From Thermoplasmata archaeon (GTDB lineage Archaea; Thermoplasmatota; Thermoplasmata; Lutacidiplasmatales; UBA184): a stretch of 64,000 nucleotides of DNA. Made by a program: the position numbers and the translations under genes. Positions 26,172 to 36,388 of this stretch are shown piece by piece (position 1 is the first letter of the stretch; every line of letters starts with the position of its first letter). Below the pieces are notes generated by a model. That model saw nothing but the letters and a program-made list of their open reading frames with translations. It was not told the origin of the DNA and ran no database searches. The stretch covers positions 32,001 to 96,000 of the forward strand of contig JAGWLG010000009.1 of the NCBI GenBank assembly GCA_028864975.1, in the 5' to 3' direction.

Positions 26172-28784
26172 CTACGGCTCCTCGTCCTTCTCCGAAGGGG
26201 GGTTCGGGGGGGAGCCCTCCCCTTCGCTCTCCAGGGCGGGAGGGGGCGGTGAGGGTGGCGGGGGGGCCGAGCCTTCCGCAAGCGTAGTGGCAACCTGCTC
26301 CGGCGCCGACGCTTCCCCGGGGGCGACGAGCCGAACGGCGGCCTTGACCTCATCCCCCTCCTCGATGCGGATGATGATGACGCCGAGGGTGTTGCGCCCC
26401 TGCTCCCGGATCTGGCGGACAGGGCTACGGATCGTGATCCCTTTCTGGGTGGTAACGAGGATCTCGTCCTCTTCACGGACCGGGATGACGGCGACGACCT
26501 CCCCGTTGCGGCCGCCCGTCTTGATGCCGATGACCCCGCTCGCGCCCCGCTTCGTGAGGCGGTACTCCTCCACCGGCGTGCGCTTGCCGAAGCCCGTCGA
26601 GGTGAGGGTCAGGAGCGATGGGAACGTGGGGCTCACCGGGCTCATCCCGACCACCTGGTCCTTCTCGCCCAGGCGGGCCCCGATGACGCCGTAGGTGGCC
26701 CTCCCCATGGGGCGCAGCTCGGTCTCCTTGAACCGGATGACCTGCCCTTCCTTGGTCGCGAGGAGGATCTCGCTATCGCCCTGGGTGAGCGCGACGTCCA
26801 CGAGCTCGTCCCCTTCCTCCAGGAGGATGGCCTGGATCCCGCTCACGCGGATGTTCTGGTAGAGGGTGAGCTCGGTCCGCTTCACGAGCCCCTTCGCCGT
26901 CGCGAAGACGAGGGTCCCGGGCCCCTCGAGCCCCCGGACCGCGAGCTCGGTCTGGATCTTCTCCCCTTGCTGGAGCCGCGGGAGGAGGTTGACGATCGCC
27001 TTCCCCTTGGCATGGCGTCCGAGCTCGGGGAGCTCGTAGGCCTTCAGTCGGTACACGCGGCCCTTGCTGGTGAAGAACAGGACGTCGTCGTGCGTCCGCG
27101 CGGCGAGCGCGCGCGTCACGAAGTCCTCCTCCTTCGTCTCCATCTGGACGAGGCCCTTGCCGCCGCGGCGCTGGCGGCGGTAGGAGTCGAGCGGCAGCCG
27201 CTTGATGTACCCGTCGTTCGAGATCAGCACGACGATGTCCGTGTCGGGGATCAGGTCCTCGAGCGAGTGCTCGGTGAACGCGGAGGTGAGCTGTGTCCTT
27301 CGCGCATCCCCGTACTTCTGTCGGATCTCCTCAAGCTCGTGGTCGACGACCTTGTCCAGGACGTGCGGGCGGGCAAGGATCTCCTCGAGCTCCTTGACGA
27401 GGTTCTTCTTCTCCTCGGACTCCTCCAGGATCGACTCGCGCTCGAGGGCGGTGAGCCGAGCGAGCCGCATGTCGAGGATCGCCTTGGCCTGCTCCTCGGA
27501 GAGGAGGAACTTGCCCATGAGCGAGGCCTGCGCGGTGGGGACATCCTTCGAGCGGCGCAGGAGCTTCACGATCTCATCGATGTGGTCGATGGCCGTGAGG
27601 AACCCCTCGAGGATGTGCAGGCGTTCCTGCGCCTTTCTCAGGTCGTAGGTGCTCCGTCTTCGGACGATCTCGCGACGGTGGTCCAGGTGGAGCTGCAGGA
27701 GCTCCTTCAGCGGGAGGACGCGGGGTCGGCCGTCCACTAGGGCGAGGTTGATGATCCCGAAGGAGACCTGGAGCTTCGTGTGGGTGAAGAGCTGATTGAG
27801 GACGATCTCGCTCTGGGCGTCCCGTCTCAGCTCGAAGACGACGGAGATCCCGTCCTTGTCGCTCTCGTCCCGGAGGTCGGTGATGCCGTCGATCCGCTTG
27901 GACTTCACCAGCTCGGCCGTTTCCTGGAGGAGCTGGGACTTGTTGACCTCGTAGGGGATCTCCGTCACGACGATCTCGTTGCGGTCGTCGCGGACGCGCG
28001 ACTCCGCCCGCGCCCGGATCTGGATGATGCCGCGCCCCGTCGTGTAGGCCTCCTTCAGGCCCTCCGTGGAGACGATCCCACCCGTGGGGAAGTCGGGGGC
28101 GGGGACGAACTTCATGATCTCCTCGAGCGGGAGGTTCGGGTCGGCGAGCAGCGCGCGCAGCGCGTCGACGACCTCGCCCAGGTTGTGGGGGGGCATGTTC
28201 GTCGCCATCCCCACGGCGATGCCGCTCGCCCCGTTCACGAGAAGGTTCGGGAGCTTCGAGGGGAGCATCCGCGGCTCCTTGAGGCTCCCGTCGAAGTTGT
28301 CGGTCCATTCGACCGTCTCCTTCTCGATGTCCTGGAGCATCTCTTCCGCGAGCGCGCCCAGGCGGGCCTCGGTGTACCGCATCGCGGCGGGGGTGTCCCC
28401 ATCGATGGAACCGAAGTTCCCCTGCCCTTCGATGAGCGGGTAGCGGAGCGAGAAAGGCTGGGCCATCCGGACCAGCGCATCGTAGACGCTCATGTCGCCG
28501 TGCGGATGGTACTTCCCCAGCACGTCCCCCACCGTGCGCGCGGACTTGCGGAACGGCTTGTCGTGGGTCGCCCCAGATTCCCACATCGACCACAGGATGC
28601 GCACCTGGACCGGTTTCAGACCGTCGCGGACGTTCGGGAGCGCGCGTCCGACGATGACGCTCATCGCGTAGTCGATGTAGGAGCGGTGCATCTCCCGCTC
28701 CAGGGGTTGCAGCCGGACCCGGCTCCCCTCAGGATGGGCCTCCGCGGGGGGAGGTGGAGGGGGCGACGCCGGGGCTTCCGCCAT
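26172..28784 (-). CDS. gyrA: DNA gyrase subunit A
   Basis: Start re-called to ATG 28784; [25 protein letters not shown] (catalytic Tyr), GyrA-box QRRGGKG, beta-pinwheel repeats. Confidence 0.97.
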   Translation of the reverse strand: MAEAPASPPPPPPAEAHPEGSRVRLQPLEREMHRSYIDYAMSVIVGRALPNVRDGLKPVQVRILWSMWESGATHDKPFRKSARTVGDVLGKYHPHGDMSVYDALVRMAQPFSLRYPLIEGQGNFGSIDGDTPAAMRYTEARLGALAEEMLQDIEKETVEWTDNFDGSLKEPRMLPSKLPNLLVNGASGIAVGMATNMPPHNLGEVVDALRALLADPNLPLEEIMKFVPAPDFPTGGIVSTEGLKEAYTTGRGIIQIRARAESRVRDDRNEIVVTEIPYEVNKSQLLQETAELVKSKRIDGITDLRDESDKDGISVVFELRRDAQSEIVLNQLFTHTKLQVSFGIINLALVDGRPRVLPLKELLQLHLDHRREIVRRRSTYDLRKAQERLHILEGFLTAIDHIDEIVKLLRRSKDVPTAQASLMGKFLLSEEQAKAILDMRLARLTALERESILEESEEKKNLVKELEEILARPHVLDKVVDHELEEIRQKYGDARRTQLTSAFTEHSLEDLIPDTDIVVLISNDGYIKRLPLDSYRRQRRGGKGLVQMETKEEDFVTRALAARTHDDVLFFTSKGRVYRLKAYELPELGRHAKGKAIVNLLPRLQQGEKIQTELAVRGLEGPGTLVFATAKGLVKRTELTLYQNIRVSGIQAILLEEGDELVDVALTQGDSEILLATKEGQVIRFKETELRPMGRATYGVIGARLGEKDQVVGMSPVSPTFPSLLTLTSTGFGKRTPVEEYRLTKRGASGVIGIKTGGRNGEVVAVIPVREEDEILVTTQKGITIRSPVRQIREQGRNTLGVIIIRIEEGDEVKAAVRLVAPGEASAPEQVATTLAEGSAPPPPSPPPPALESEGEGSPPNPPSEKDEEP

Positions 28785-28837
28785 GATGCACCGAGGGTGT
28801 TCCGAGGCTCGCGTCCCGAGGATAAGGGCGTTGCGCC

Positions 28838-30259
28838 TCAACCCGAAGAGGGTACCGCGGTGCTCTCGGCGGAGGGGGGGGCATGGAGCCCTCCGATCTG
28901 ACCTTCCACGATCCTTCCGGCCTCGCGCAGGAAGTCCGCCTCGCGTCCCCGCGGGATGGTCGCCCCGCTCGCGACGGCGTGCCCTCCCCCTTCCCCCCCG
29001 ACGGCGGCCGCAGCCTCGCGGCACGCCCGGTCGAGGTTCAGTCCCTGGCCCGTCAGCCAGAGCGTCCCGCGGGAGGAGACCTTGACCGCCTCCCCCTTCG
29101 GCGCCAGGGCGACGATGGGCCGCAGCGGGTCGGCAAAGTAGGCGAGCGCGAGCCCGGCGATGGTCCCGGCGAGGTCCGGCTTGGGCGCCTCGAACCACTG
29201 GAGGTGTGGCTCCCGGTGGAGCGCGCCCTTCTTCTCGAGGCGCTCGAGCCCTTCCAGGACCTCGCCCCGCCATCGAGCCTCGAGCTCCCGTGCGCGCTGA
29301 TGTGCCCCGGGGTCGCCCAGGGCGAGCGCGATGCCGAGGGAGGGCTCCCCCTCGCGCCCGCAGGCGTTCTGCCATCGGGACAGCTCGTTCGCTTCCCACC
29401 CTCCGTGAGGGAGCACGATCCGCTCCTCGCGCAGCCGTTCGCAGAACTCCGGGCGCGCCCCTTGCGTGAGAAGCTGGGACAGGAGCGCGCTCGCGAGCCG
29501 GCGCCCCTCCTCCTCCCCCAGCGAGCCCACAGGGGCGGTGGGGGGAAGCCCCAACGAGGAGAGCAGCGTGCGTGCCGAGGCGATCCTTCCCGAGATCCCG
29601 ACGAAATAGGGGTCCAGGCTGGACGCGAGCGCCTCCTCGAGCGAAGGACCGACCAGGTTGAGCGAGGACCGGCGGGTGAGCGCTCCCCGGGCCTGAGCCT
29701 CCTCGATCAGCTTGCGGTTCAATCCCTGGAACCCTCCGACGTGCATGCGGTCGGCGATGGCGCCGGAGAGCCCGAAGGCGAGGAGGTCGAAGGCGCCCGG
29801 AAGCAGCTCGCGGGCGAAGAGGTAGGTGAGCATGCTCGCCGAGAGCTCGGTCATGCCGTCGACTCCCCAATGGTGGGGGTTGACGAAGGCGAGCGATCTC
29901 GCGGTCGGGGTCACCCCAGGAGGGACATGGTGGTCGAGCACGATCACCGGGCGGTCGTGCGCGGCGAAGAGGTCGAGGAAGCTCGACCCGGTGTCCACGA
30001 CCAGGAGCGGGCCCCGGGTCGCTCGCAGGACGCGATCGACCCCCGCTTGTTCCACGCCCAGCAAGGGGGAGAGCTGCCAGGAGCGCCCCAGTCGCGACAG
30101 GGTGAGGGCGGCCACGCTCGCCGAGGCGATTCCGTCGCCGTCGTTGTGGTAGAGGACCCGCCAGCGGCCGGGCGAGGAAGCGAAGAGGTCGGCCGCCGCG
30201 CGGAGCTCTCGCGAGGCGTTGGGGTCCGCGACCAGTCCCTCCAGGGACGGACCGCTCAT
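28838..30259 (-). CDS. recJ: RecJ-like DHH phosphoesterase (GAN-type)
   Basis: Start re-called to ATG 30259 (ATGA overlap with rps15); HNDGDG, VDTG, LDHH, DHHA1 GGGHAVASG. Confidence 0.9.
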   Translation of the reverse strand: MSGPSLEGLVADPNASRELRAAADLFASSPGRWRVLYHNDGDGIASASVAALTLSRLGRSWQLSPLLGVEQAGVDRVLRATRGPLLVVDTGSSFLDLFAAHDRPVIVLDHHVPPGVTPTARSLAFVNPHHWGVDGMTELSASMLTYLFARELLPGAFDLLAFGLSGAIADRMHVGGFQGLNRKLIEEAQARGALTRRSSLNLVGPSLEEALASSLDPYFVGISGRIASARTLLSSLGLPPTAPVGSLGEEEGRRLASALLSQLLTQGARPEFCERLREERIVLPHGGWEANELSRWQNACGREGEPSLGIALALGDPGAHQRARELEARWRGEVLEGLERLEKKGALHREPHLQWFEAPKPDLAGTIAGLALAYFADPLRPIVALAPKGEAVKVSSRGTLWLTGQGLNLDRACREAAAAVGGEGGGHAVASGATIPRGREADFLREAGRIVEGQIGGLHAPPSAESTAVPSSG

Positions 30260-30711
30260 TGGACCATGAGGGCCGCGGTCTCGCTGCTGTAGCGCCACTC
30301 GGCGGGCAGTCGGCCGCGCTTACGGTAGTAGCGCGAGAGACGGCGGATCTTCGATTCGATGAGGTTCAGTCCCCGTCGGTTGGACAGGTCCTTCGGATGG
30401 TGTTCCAGGTGCTGCTGGAGGTGGACCACCCGCTTGAGCAGCGCCGAAAGGTCCTCGGGCAGCGTGGGCTTCGTTCCCTTCTCCTCAAGGAAGGCGGTCA
30501 GCCGCTTTCCCGTGAGAAGTCGCGTGGAAGGGACCCCGTAAGTGTCGCGCAGCGACAGCCCGATCTGGGACGGGGTCGTGCCGGCCTTCGCGAGCCGCAG
30601 GACCTCTTCCTCGACCTCGTCCTTGTCCAGCGGGACCCACGACGGGAGCGCCACCGGGAAGGGCCTACGGCTAGAGGCCTTGCCGCGATGCGAGGAATGG
30701 AGCCGGCTCAT
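30256..30711 (-). CDS. rps15: Ribosomal protein uS15
   Basis: MSRLHS..RGK..S, PSQIG..LRD.YGVP, LPEDL, H.KD....[13 protein letters not shown]. Confidence 0.97.
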   Translation of the reverse strand: MSRLHSSHRGKASSRRPFPVALPSWVPLDKDEVEEEVLRLAKAGTTPSQIGLSLRDTYGVPSTRLLTGKRLTAFLEEKGTKPTLPEDLSALLKRVVHLQQHLEHHPKDLSNRRGLNLIESKIRRLSRYYRKRGRLPAEWRYSSETAALMVQ

Positions 30712-30722
30712 GGGGGGGAGCG

Positions 30723-30746
30723 GCGAACCTGGGTTCGCTATTTAAG
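30723..30746 (-). promoter_or_regulatory. rps15 promoter: TATA (CTTAAATA) followed by palindrome GCGAACC-N2-GGTTCGC
   Basis: TATA at 30739-30746; perfect 7-bp inverted repeat at 30723-30738, between TATA and start codon. Confidence 0.55.
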
Positions 30747-30762
30747 GACGAAGGGGGCGAAG

Positions 30763-31170
30763 TCACTTCACCCGTTGGCCCTGGGCCGAGAGCCGTTGGG
30801 AGTCCTCGAGGAACTTCGCGAGGAACAGCTTCCCCTCCCCGTTGATCCGGTAGTGAGGGCCGAAGTCCCGCTGACGCGTCCAGGACCGGACCGTACCTCC
30901 GACGTGGTCGACCATGCGGTTCCGCACCAACAGGCCGACGATGACGGGGACCTTGACCCCCGCCTTCTGGACCGACCAATGCTCGAGGGTCATCGTCGAG
31001 ATCTCGTCCAGCTCGAGCCCCTTCTCGCGCTCGTCGTGGAAGCTCTCCGCTTGGTTGAGCAGTCGTAGGACCTCCACCAGGGCGGCGCGGGTGGGGTCGG
31101 CGGGCTCCCCACGGGGGGGCGTGACCTTCGCCGAGGCGCTTGGGACCGACGGACGCGACGGCGTGGGCAC
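30763..31170 (-). CDS. Putative winged-helix DNA-binding protein
   Basis: Start re-called to GTG 31170; helical bundle followed by wing-like HYRINGEGKLFL. Confidence 0.6.
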   Translation of the reverse strand: MPTPSRPSVPSASAKVTPPRGEPADPTRAALVEVLRLLNQAESFHDEREKGLELDEISTMTLEHWSVQKAGVKVPVIVGLLVRNRMVDHVGGTVRSWTRQRDFGPHYRINGEGKLFLAKFLEDSQRLSAQGQRVK

Positions 31171-31234
31171 GGCGGAAAAAAGGAGCGCGCCCTCATTATC
31201 ATTGTGGGGCCCCCGCTCCCCCCCCGGGAGGCCC

Positions 31235-31897
31235 TCACCCCGGGGCACGAAGCACGAGGGCGAAGTGCCCCCGCGAGAACGGCGCAAGGTCGACCGTCTC
31301 GAGCAAGTCCAACCCTTCCTGCTGGAGGTGGCGGGTCGCATCCTTGAGGACCGCTCGTGGTGGTGCTGTCTGGGTCACGGACCGGGTCTTGAGCATCAGG
31401 AGACCCGTGCCATGCGGCTTGAGCGAAGCGCGGAGGTTCTCGAGGAAGATCTCCACCTGGCCGCGCTGGGAGACGTCCTGGTAGAGGTGGTCGACCTCCC
31501 CGCAGTCGGCCCTGTAGCGCTCGGGGAGCTGGACATCCGCCAGGACCGGCAGGACGTTCTCACGTCGCTGGGAGAGCGCCAGGAGGGCACCGAAGGCGCG
31601 GGGGGACTTCTCGACGACGTGGACCGTTCCTCGGGGGAGGATGTCGGAGAGATGGCTCACCGTCGTCCCATGCCCCCCACCCAGGTAGAGGACCGACCGG
31701 ACCCGCTCGTAGGGCCATTGCCGGCCCCCCTGCGCGACGAAGGCCCCGAGCTTGCTCCGCCAGGGGTCGATCCGCCGGTACTCGACCCCATCCTCGACGA
31801 CAAGGTCCTCACCGTAGACCTTCTCTCCGGGGCGCAGGTTCACGGTGTAGAACCCGGGCCCCCGACGGAAGAGGCCCGGGCGAAGGAGCTCCTGCAT
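31235..31897 (-). CDS. flpA: Fibrillarin-like rRNA/tRNA 2'-O-methyltransferase
   Basis: Start re-called to ATG 31897; GEKVYGE, YR..DP.RSKLGA, VLYLG..HGTTVSHLSDI, LYQDVSQ. Confidence 0.95.
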   Translation of the reverse strand: MQELLRPGLFRRGPGFYTVNLRPGEKVYGEDLVVEDGVEYRRIDPWRSKLGAFVAQGGRQWPYERVRSVLYLGGGHGTTVSHLSDILPRGTVHVVEKSPRAFGALLALSQRRENVLPVLADVQLPERYRADCGEVDHLYQDVSQRGQVEIFLENLRASLKPHGTGLLMLKTRSVTQTAPPRAVLKDATRHLQQEGLDLLETVDLAPFSRGHFALVLRAPG

Positions 31898-31920
31898 GCT
31901 GAACGAAGCCTCCCCGGCCC

Positions 31921-32391
31921 TCAGGGCCGGACCGCGACCACCATCTCCACTTCCACGGGGGTGTCCAGAGGCAGGCGAGCGGCGCCGATCGCGGCGCGAG
32001 CATGGCGGCCCGACTCGCCGAAGACCTCCACGAGGAGCTCCGACGCTCCGTTCGCCACCTCGGGCTGGGCGGTGAACTGGGGAGCGCTCGCCACGAAGAC
32101 CCCGACCCGGAGGATCCGCTCCACCCGGTCCAGGTTGCCCAGCACGCTCCGCAAGGCCGAGAGCGAGTTCAAAGCCGCGAGCCGGGCCGCTTCCTTCGCT
32201 CGCTCGACGGTGACGTCCGATCCTACGAGGCCCTTCGCCAGGAGCTGCCCGTCCCGGAGCGGGAGCATGCCCGAGACCCACGCCTCCCCGCCGTGGACGA
32301 CCACAGGTGCGTAGGCCCCCTTGGGCGCAGGAGGCGGAGGAAGCTCAATCTTCCGGAGACGCAAGGCCTCCTCCGCGCCGGTCGAGGTCAT
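31921..32391 (-). CDS. ridA: RidA/YjgF family protein
   Basis: P.P.GAY.P, VSG.LP, VANGASELL..VFG..G.HAR.A.G, LP...PVEVE. Confidence 0.9.
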   Translation of the reverse strand: MTSTGAEEALRLRKIELPPPPAPKGAYAPVVVHGGEAWVSGMLPLRDGQLLAKGLVGSDVTVERAKEAARLAALNSLSALRSVLGNLDRVERILRVGVFVASAPQFTAQPEVANGASELLVEVFGESGRHARAAIGAARLPLDTPVEVEMVVAVRP

Positions 32392-32506
32392 CCTTCAGGG
32401 CGACCTAGGTCGGGGCATAAGCGTCGCTCCCGTTCCCCAAGAAGGCCCCCCCTTGCTTGCGCTCCGCCGGAAGCGATATGCCATACCTCGTCCATCCCGT
32501 TTCTCC

Positions 32507-34540
32507 ATGACCCTGCGAAGCACCTTGCCCTCGGGTGTGAAGGGTCCGGGTTCGTGGCGGATCACACTGGCCCCCGTGCTCTTGTCGGTGGTGCTCGTGC
32601 TGCTCTCGGGAGCCGCCTTCGGCGGAGGACCTGCACGTCTCCACCCTGCTCCGGTCTCGGACTCCTCCGCCCTTCACCACCGCATCTCGAGCAGTGTCCG
32701 CCCGGGGACGTCCCCCACCCCACAGGACCGGGGCGCGTTCGCCGTGGGCCTGACCATCATGACCCCCGAGGGCCCGAACCAGCCCGCGACCCTTCCCGTG
32801 GGGGTGAAGGCCACGGCCACTCCGAGCGATCCCAACTGCACGTCCGGCTTCCAGTTCGCGTTCAATTGGGGTGACGGAACGCCGAACACGACGGACACGA
32901 ACGGGACCGACAGTCACTACTACAGCACGGCGGTCGCCAACCTATCCACGGTCGACGTCACCGTTCAGGTCACCGACTGCAGGGGGAAGACCGGTCAGGG
33001 ATTCGACTCGCCCTTCTTCTATCCCCCGGTCACGGCGACGCTCTCCACCCAACTCGCGCCGGCCTCGACGCCGCTGATCGCTCGGAACGTGTCTTCCCTG
33101 CAGCTGAACCTGACGGTCTCCAACATCCAGGGAGGGGCGTTCGGTGCCGTCCCCCCGTACTTCGTCAATTGGACCTTCGGCGATGGTGGGAAGCTCCCAC
33201 TCGTCCCGCTCTCCTCGGGAGCCAACGGGTTCGCCGACACGGAGGTGCATACCTTCCTCCGCCCCGCCTCGTGGTCCGGACCCGACATTTTTACCGTGAG
33301 GGCTTGGGTCACGGACCGAGCCAACGGGAATTTCACAACCTCGCTCGAGGTCCAGCTCAACGGGACCCCGGCCATCGCTCATCCCCCTTCCGGGCCGTTG
33401 CCAGCGCTCTACCTCTACGCGATCATCGGCGGTGTTGGGGCGGCCGTCGCGGTCGTCGCCGTCGTTCTGGTCCGTCGTCGGACCACGAGAAAGCTCGGTG
33501 GAAAGGCACCCGAGGAGGGAACGGGCGACGTCGCGGACGATGGCTCCGTGTCGACGAAGACGGGGAAGTCGACCCCGGCTTCCAGCTCAACGCTCTCGGC
33601 GGGTGACCGACCCCTAGCGTCGAAGGTGTCCGGGTCCACGGCCATGCCCGGCGAGATGGGGTCGTCCGGTCCCCCTCTCGCCTCCGAGCCCTCCGTGAAG
33701 CCCTCGCCCGCGGTCGTGGGCAGGCCTTCCCGCGCGGCGGCGACCTTCCCCTCCACCCCAGCCGTTTCCGATCCGGCCGCACCCGTTCCCTGCATCATCT
33801 GTGGTACACCCTTGCCATCGACCGATGCCCCATGCCCTCGCTGCTCTCCCGAACGCTCGAGGGGCGTTGAGGTGGCCCCGCCTTCCCCGATCGAAGCGAG
33901 CGGTTCGGGCCTGGGACCGTCCAGTCCTCCGCTTCCGGGGCTGGCGAACACCGGCTTGACGCCCCCTCCGCTCCAGGTCGCTGGACCGGCCGCTCCTCCG
34001 ACCGCCCCCTCGTCTCCCGCCCCATTCCCCCCGACGGCTCGCCCCATGACCGCTCACCCGTCGATCTCGTACGCTCCGGTGGCCCCGATGCCGGAGATCG
34101 AGCCCTTGCCCCCGACACACGCCCCCGCAGGTCCCGAGCCCGGCGTCGACACGACCCCGGTCATGCCGCTCGCCCCCCGGCCGAAACCGGAGCGAGCTGC
34201 ATCCGAGCCCGCTCAGGCTCCCGCGCCCGGACCTGCGACCCCTGGGGGATCGGCGACAGCTCCACCCGCCGCGCCGAAGGGTGGCGCACCGGCGGGGTCG
34301 GCCGCCCCCTTCCTCTTCCCCGTCTCTCATAAGGCCCTTTTCGAGACTTTGGTGACCAGTGCTCCGGCTCCCAGCCCGGGCGCGGAGCCACCGACCGCGC
34401 CCTCCACCTCCAGCCTCGAGGGCGTGACGTCGTCGATCCCCGCAGCGCCCCCGAGCTCGGTGGCCACGAACTGCATGGTCTGCGGCGGGCCCTTGCGAGA
34501 GGGCTATTGCGCCTCCTGCAAGATGAACTGGCGAGAGTGA
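32507..34540 (+). CDS. Single-pass membrane protein: signal peptide, PKD-like domains, TM helix, Pro-rich tail with two zinc ribbons
   Basis: Start re-called to ATG 32507; NWGDGT and WTFGDG PKD motifs; TM LYAIIGGVGAAVAVVAVVLV then RRR; CIICG..CPRC and CMVCG..CASC. Confidence 0.82.
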   Translation: MTLRSTLPSGVKGPGSWRITLAPVLLSVVLVLLSGAAFGGGPARLHPAPVSDSSALHHRISSSVRPGTSPTPQDRGAFAVGLTIMTPEGPNQPATLPVGVKATATPSDPNCTSGFQFAFNWGDGTPNTTDTNGTDSHYYSTAVANLSTVDVTVQVTDCRGKTGQGFDSPFFYPPVTATLSTQLAPASTPLIARNVSSLQLNLTVSNIQGGAFGAVPPYFVNWTFGDGGKLPLVPLSSGANGFADTEVHTFLRPASWSGPDIFTVRAWVTDRANGNFTTSLEVQLNGTPAIAHPPSGPLPALYLYAIIGGVGAAVAVVAVVLVRRRTTRKLGGKAPEEGTGDVADDGSVSTKTGKSTPASSSTLSAGDRPLASKVSGSTAMPGEMGSSGPPLASEPSVKPSPAVVGRPSRAAATFPSTPAVSDPAAPVPCIICGTPLPSTDAPCPRCSPERSRGVEVAPPSPIEASGSGLGPSSPPLPGLANTGLTPPPLQVAGPAAPPTAPSSPAPFPPTARPMTAHPSISYAPVAPMPEIEPLPPTHAPAGPEPGVDTTPVMPLAPRPKPERAASEPAQAPAPGPATPGGSATAPPAAPKGGAPAGSAAPFLFPVSHKALFETLVTSAPAPSPGAEPPTAPSTSSLEGVTSSIPAAPPSSVATNCMVCGGPLREGYCASCKMNWRE

Positions 34541-34641
34541 CCTGCTCCCCCCGAACCCCTCTGGGATCGTAGGATCGCCACGAGGGGAGACCGCCCGAAC
34601 TACGAGGAAGAGGTCGTCGGAGGAAACGCTCTTACCTTCCC

Positions 34642-36360
34642 GTGGTAACGGGTACCGTGGTCGGAGCGACCCTCGACCCCGAGCGCGGGATCCCTTCCCT
34701 CGAAGTGCCTCCGGGGGCCACTTCCGAGGAGAGGTCCTTTGCCGCCGTGGAACGCGAGGTGGTCGAGCACCTCTTCCGTCTCTCCCCCGGATTGGCGGTG
34801 GTCCTGGGGATCCACTCGTACGACGGGCTGCTTCCGGACCTCGGCAGGTCCAGCGTTGAGAACTGGGCCCGTCGAAGCCAGGAGCTCCTCGCGAAGCTTG
34901 GCGCCTTCGGAGACAAGGAGCTCTCCCGCGACCGTAAGCTCGACCGGGACCTCCTCCGGCTCCGCCTGAGGAGCGAGCTCTTCGACCTGGTCGACTACCT
35001 CTACCTGGACCGGCTTCCTCTCGCCTACGTCGGGCCGCTCGAGCTCGTCCCCTACACGGCCCGCCCCTATGCTCCTGCCGCGCATCGGGCCGAGGCGATG
35101 GTGCGCGTGCTGCGAGGGGCCCCATCGCTGCTGCGCACGGGGCTTGAACGCCTCTCGCGTCCTCTCCCCGAGGCCTTCGTGAAGATCGCCCTCGCGATGG
35201 CCGAAGGTCTGGTCCCTCACTTCCGGGAGAGCGAGAGCTTTGTCCGGAACGAGGCCCCGTCGCTCTTGCGGGAATACCAAGCTGCGCGCGAGGGGGCCGA
35301 GGCTGCCGCCACTGGGTTCGTGGAGCATCTTCGAGGCTCCCTGCCCGGGGCGACGGGCGACTTCGCCCTCGGCCCCGAGCGTTTCCAGCGGTTGCTCAAG
35401 GTCCGGGAGGGGCTCGAACTGCCCTGGGCGGCGCTCGAAAAGGAAGGATGGGAGGACCTGCGCCGGAACCAGAGACGGTTGGAGGAGATCGCCCGCTCGG
35501 CCCGCCCCCCGACGACCAAGGAAGCGGTGCTCAAGGCGATGGCCGCGGACCACCCCCGGGCCGAGGACCTACTGAGCGAGGCTGCGGGCCAGGTCGAGGA
35601 GACCCGCAGGTTCGTCCTCGACAAGGAGCTTGTCACGATCCCGACGCCCGAGCGATGTCGCGTGGAGCCGACCCCGCTCGTCGACCGGGCCTGGACCACG
35701 GCGAGCATGGACCCGCCCGGTCCCTTCGAGACCTCGACCCATGAAGGGGTCTACCACGTCACACCGGTCGAGGACTCCTGGGACGCCGAGAAGAAGGAGC
35801 AATGGCTCGCGTCGTTCAATCGACCGGTGCTTCGGAACGTGACCGCCCACGAGGTCTACCCCGGGCACTACGTCCAGTTCCTCCACTTCCGGGCCCACAC
35901 CTCCACCCTCACCCGACGGGTCTACCTCTCGGGGGCTTTCACAGAGGGTTGGGCCCACTACACGGAGCAGCTCATGATCGAGCAGGGTTTCCGTGCGGGG
36001 GAGCCCGCGGCGGAGCTCGCGGAGCTTACCGACGCGCTCCTTCGTGACGTGAGGCTCCTCGCCTCGGTCGGAATGCACGCCAGGGGGACGACCGTGGCCC
36101 AGGCGACCACGCTCTTCGAGAAGGAGGCCCACATGGAGCACTTCCCCGCCGAGCGAGAGGCGATGCGGGGAACCTTCAACCCCGAGTACTTCGGTTACAC
36201 ACTGGGCAAGCTGGCGATCCTGAAGGCCCGTCGAGCCTACTTCGAGCGCCACCCAGGCTCCTCGCTCAAGAGCTTCCACGACCTCCTGCTCTCCTTCGGG
36301 GCCCCGCCGGTCGGCTTCCTCGAACCTCTGCTGCTGGGGACGGAGCTTCCTTCTCCGTGA
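34642..36360 (+). CDS. DUF885 family zincin-like protein
   Basis: TAHEVYPGHYVQ, FTEGWAHYTE, P..Y.GYTLGKL.I...R. Confidence 0.88.
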   Translation: MVTGTVVGATLDPERGIPSLEVPPGATSEERSFAAVEREVVEHLFRLSPGLAVVLGIHSYDGLLPDLGRSSVENWARRSQELLAKLGAFGDKELSRDRKLDRDLLRLRLRSELFDLVDYLYLDRLPLAYVGPLELVPYTARPYAPAAHRAEAMVRVLRGAPSLLRTGLERLSRPLPEAFVKIALAMAEGLVPHFRESESFVRNEAPSLLREYQAAREGAEAAATGFVEHLRGSLPGATGDFALGPERFQRLLKVREGLELPWAALEKEGWEDLRRNQRRLEEIARSARPPTTKEAVLKAMAADHPRAEDLLSEAAGQVEETRRFVLDKELVTIPTPERCRVEPTPLVDRAWTTASMDPPGPFETSTHEGVYHVTPVEDSWDAEKKEQWLASFNRPVLRNVTAHEVYPGHYVQFLHFRAHTSTLTRRVYLSGAFTEGWAHYTEQLMIEQGFRAGEPAAELAELTDALLRDVRLLASVGMHARGTTVAQATTLFEKEAHMEHFPAEREAMRGTFNPEYFGYTLGKLAILKARRAYFERHPGSSLKSFHDLLLSFGAPPVGFLEPLLLGTELPSP

Positions 36361-36388
36361 ACCGATCAGGCCTCCACCGGAGCGGGGT

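Noticed and set aside
26172-29870. 1232-aa ORF suggesting a GyrA fusion
   Set aside because: The extension is an Arg/Gly/Pro-rich alternative frame overlapping recJ; GyrA starts at ATG 28784
31198-31921. C/D box sRNA or nop5 next to fibrillarin
   Set aside because: No RUGAUGA/CUGA pair with a terminal stem in the flanking spacers; the neighbours are ridA and a wHTH ORF
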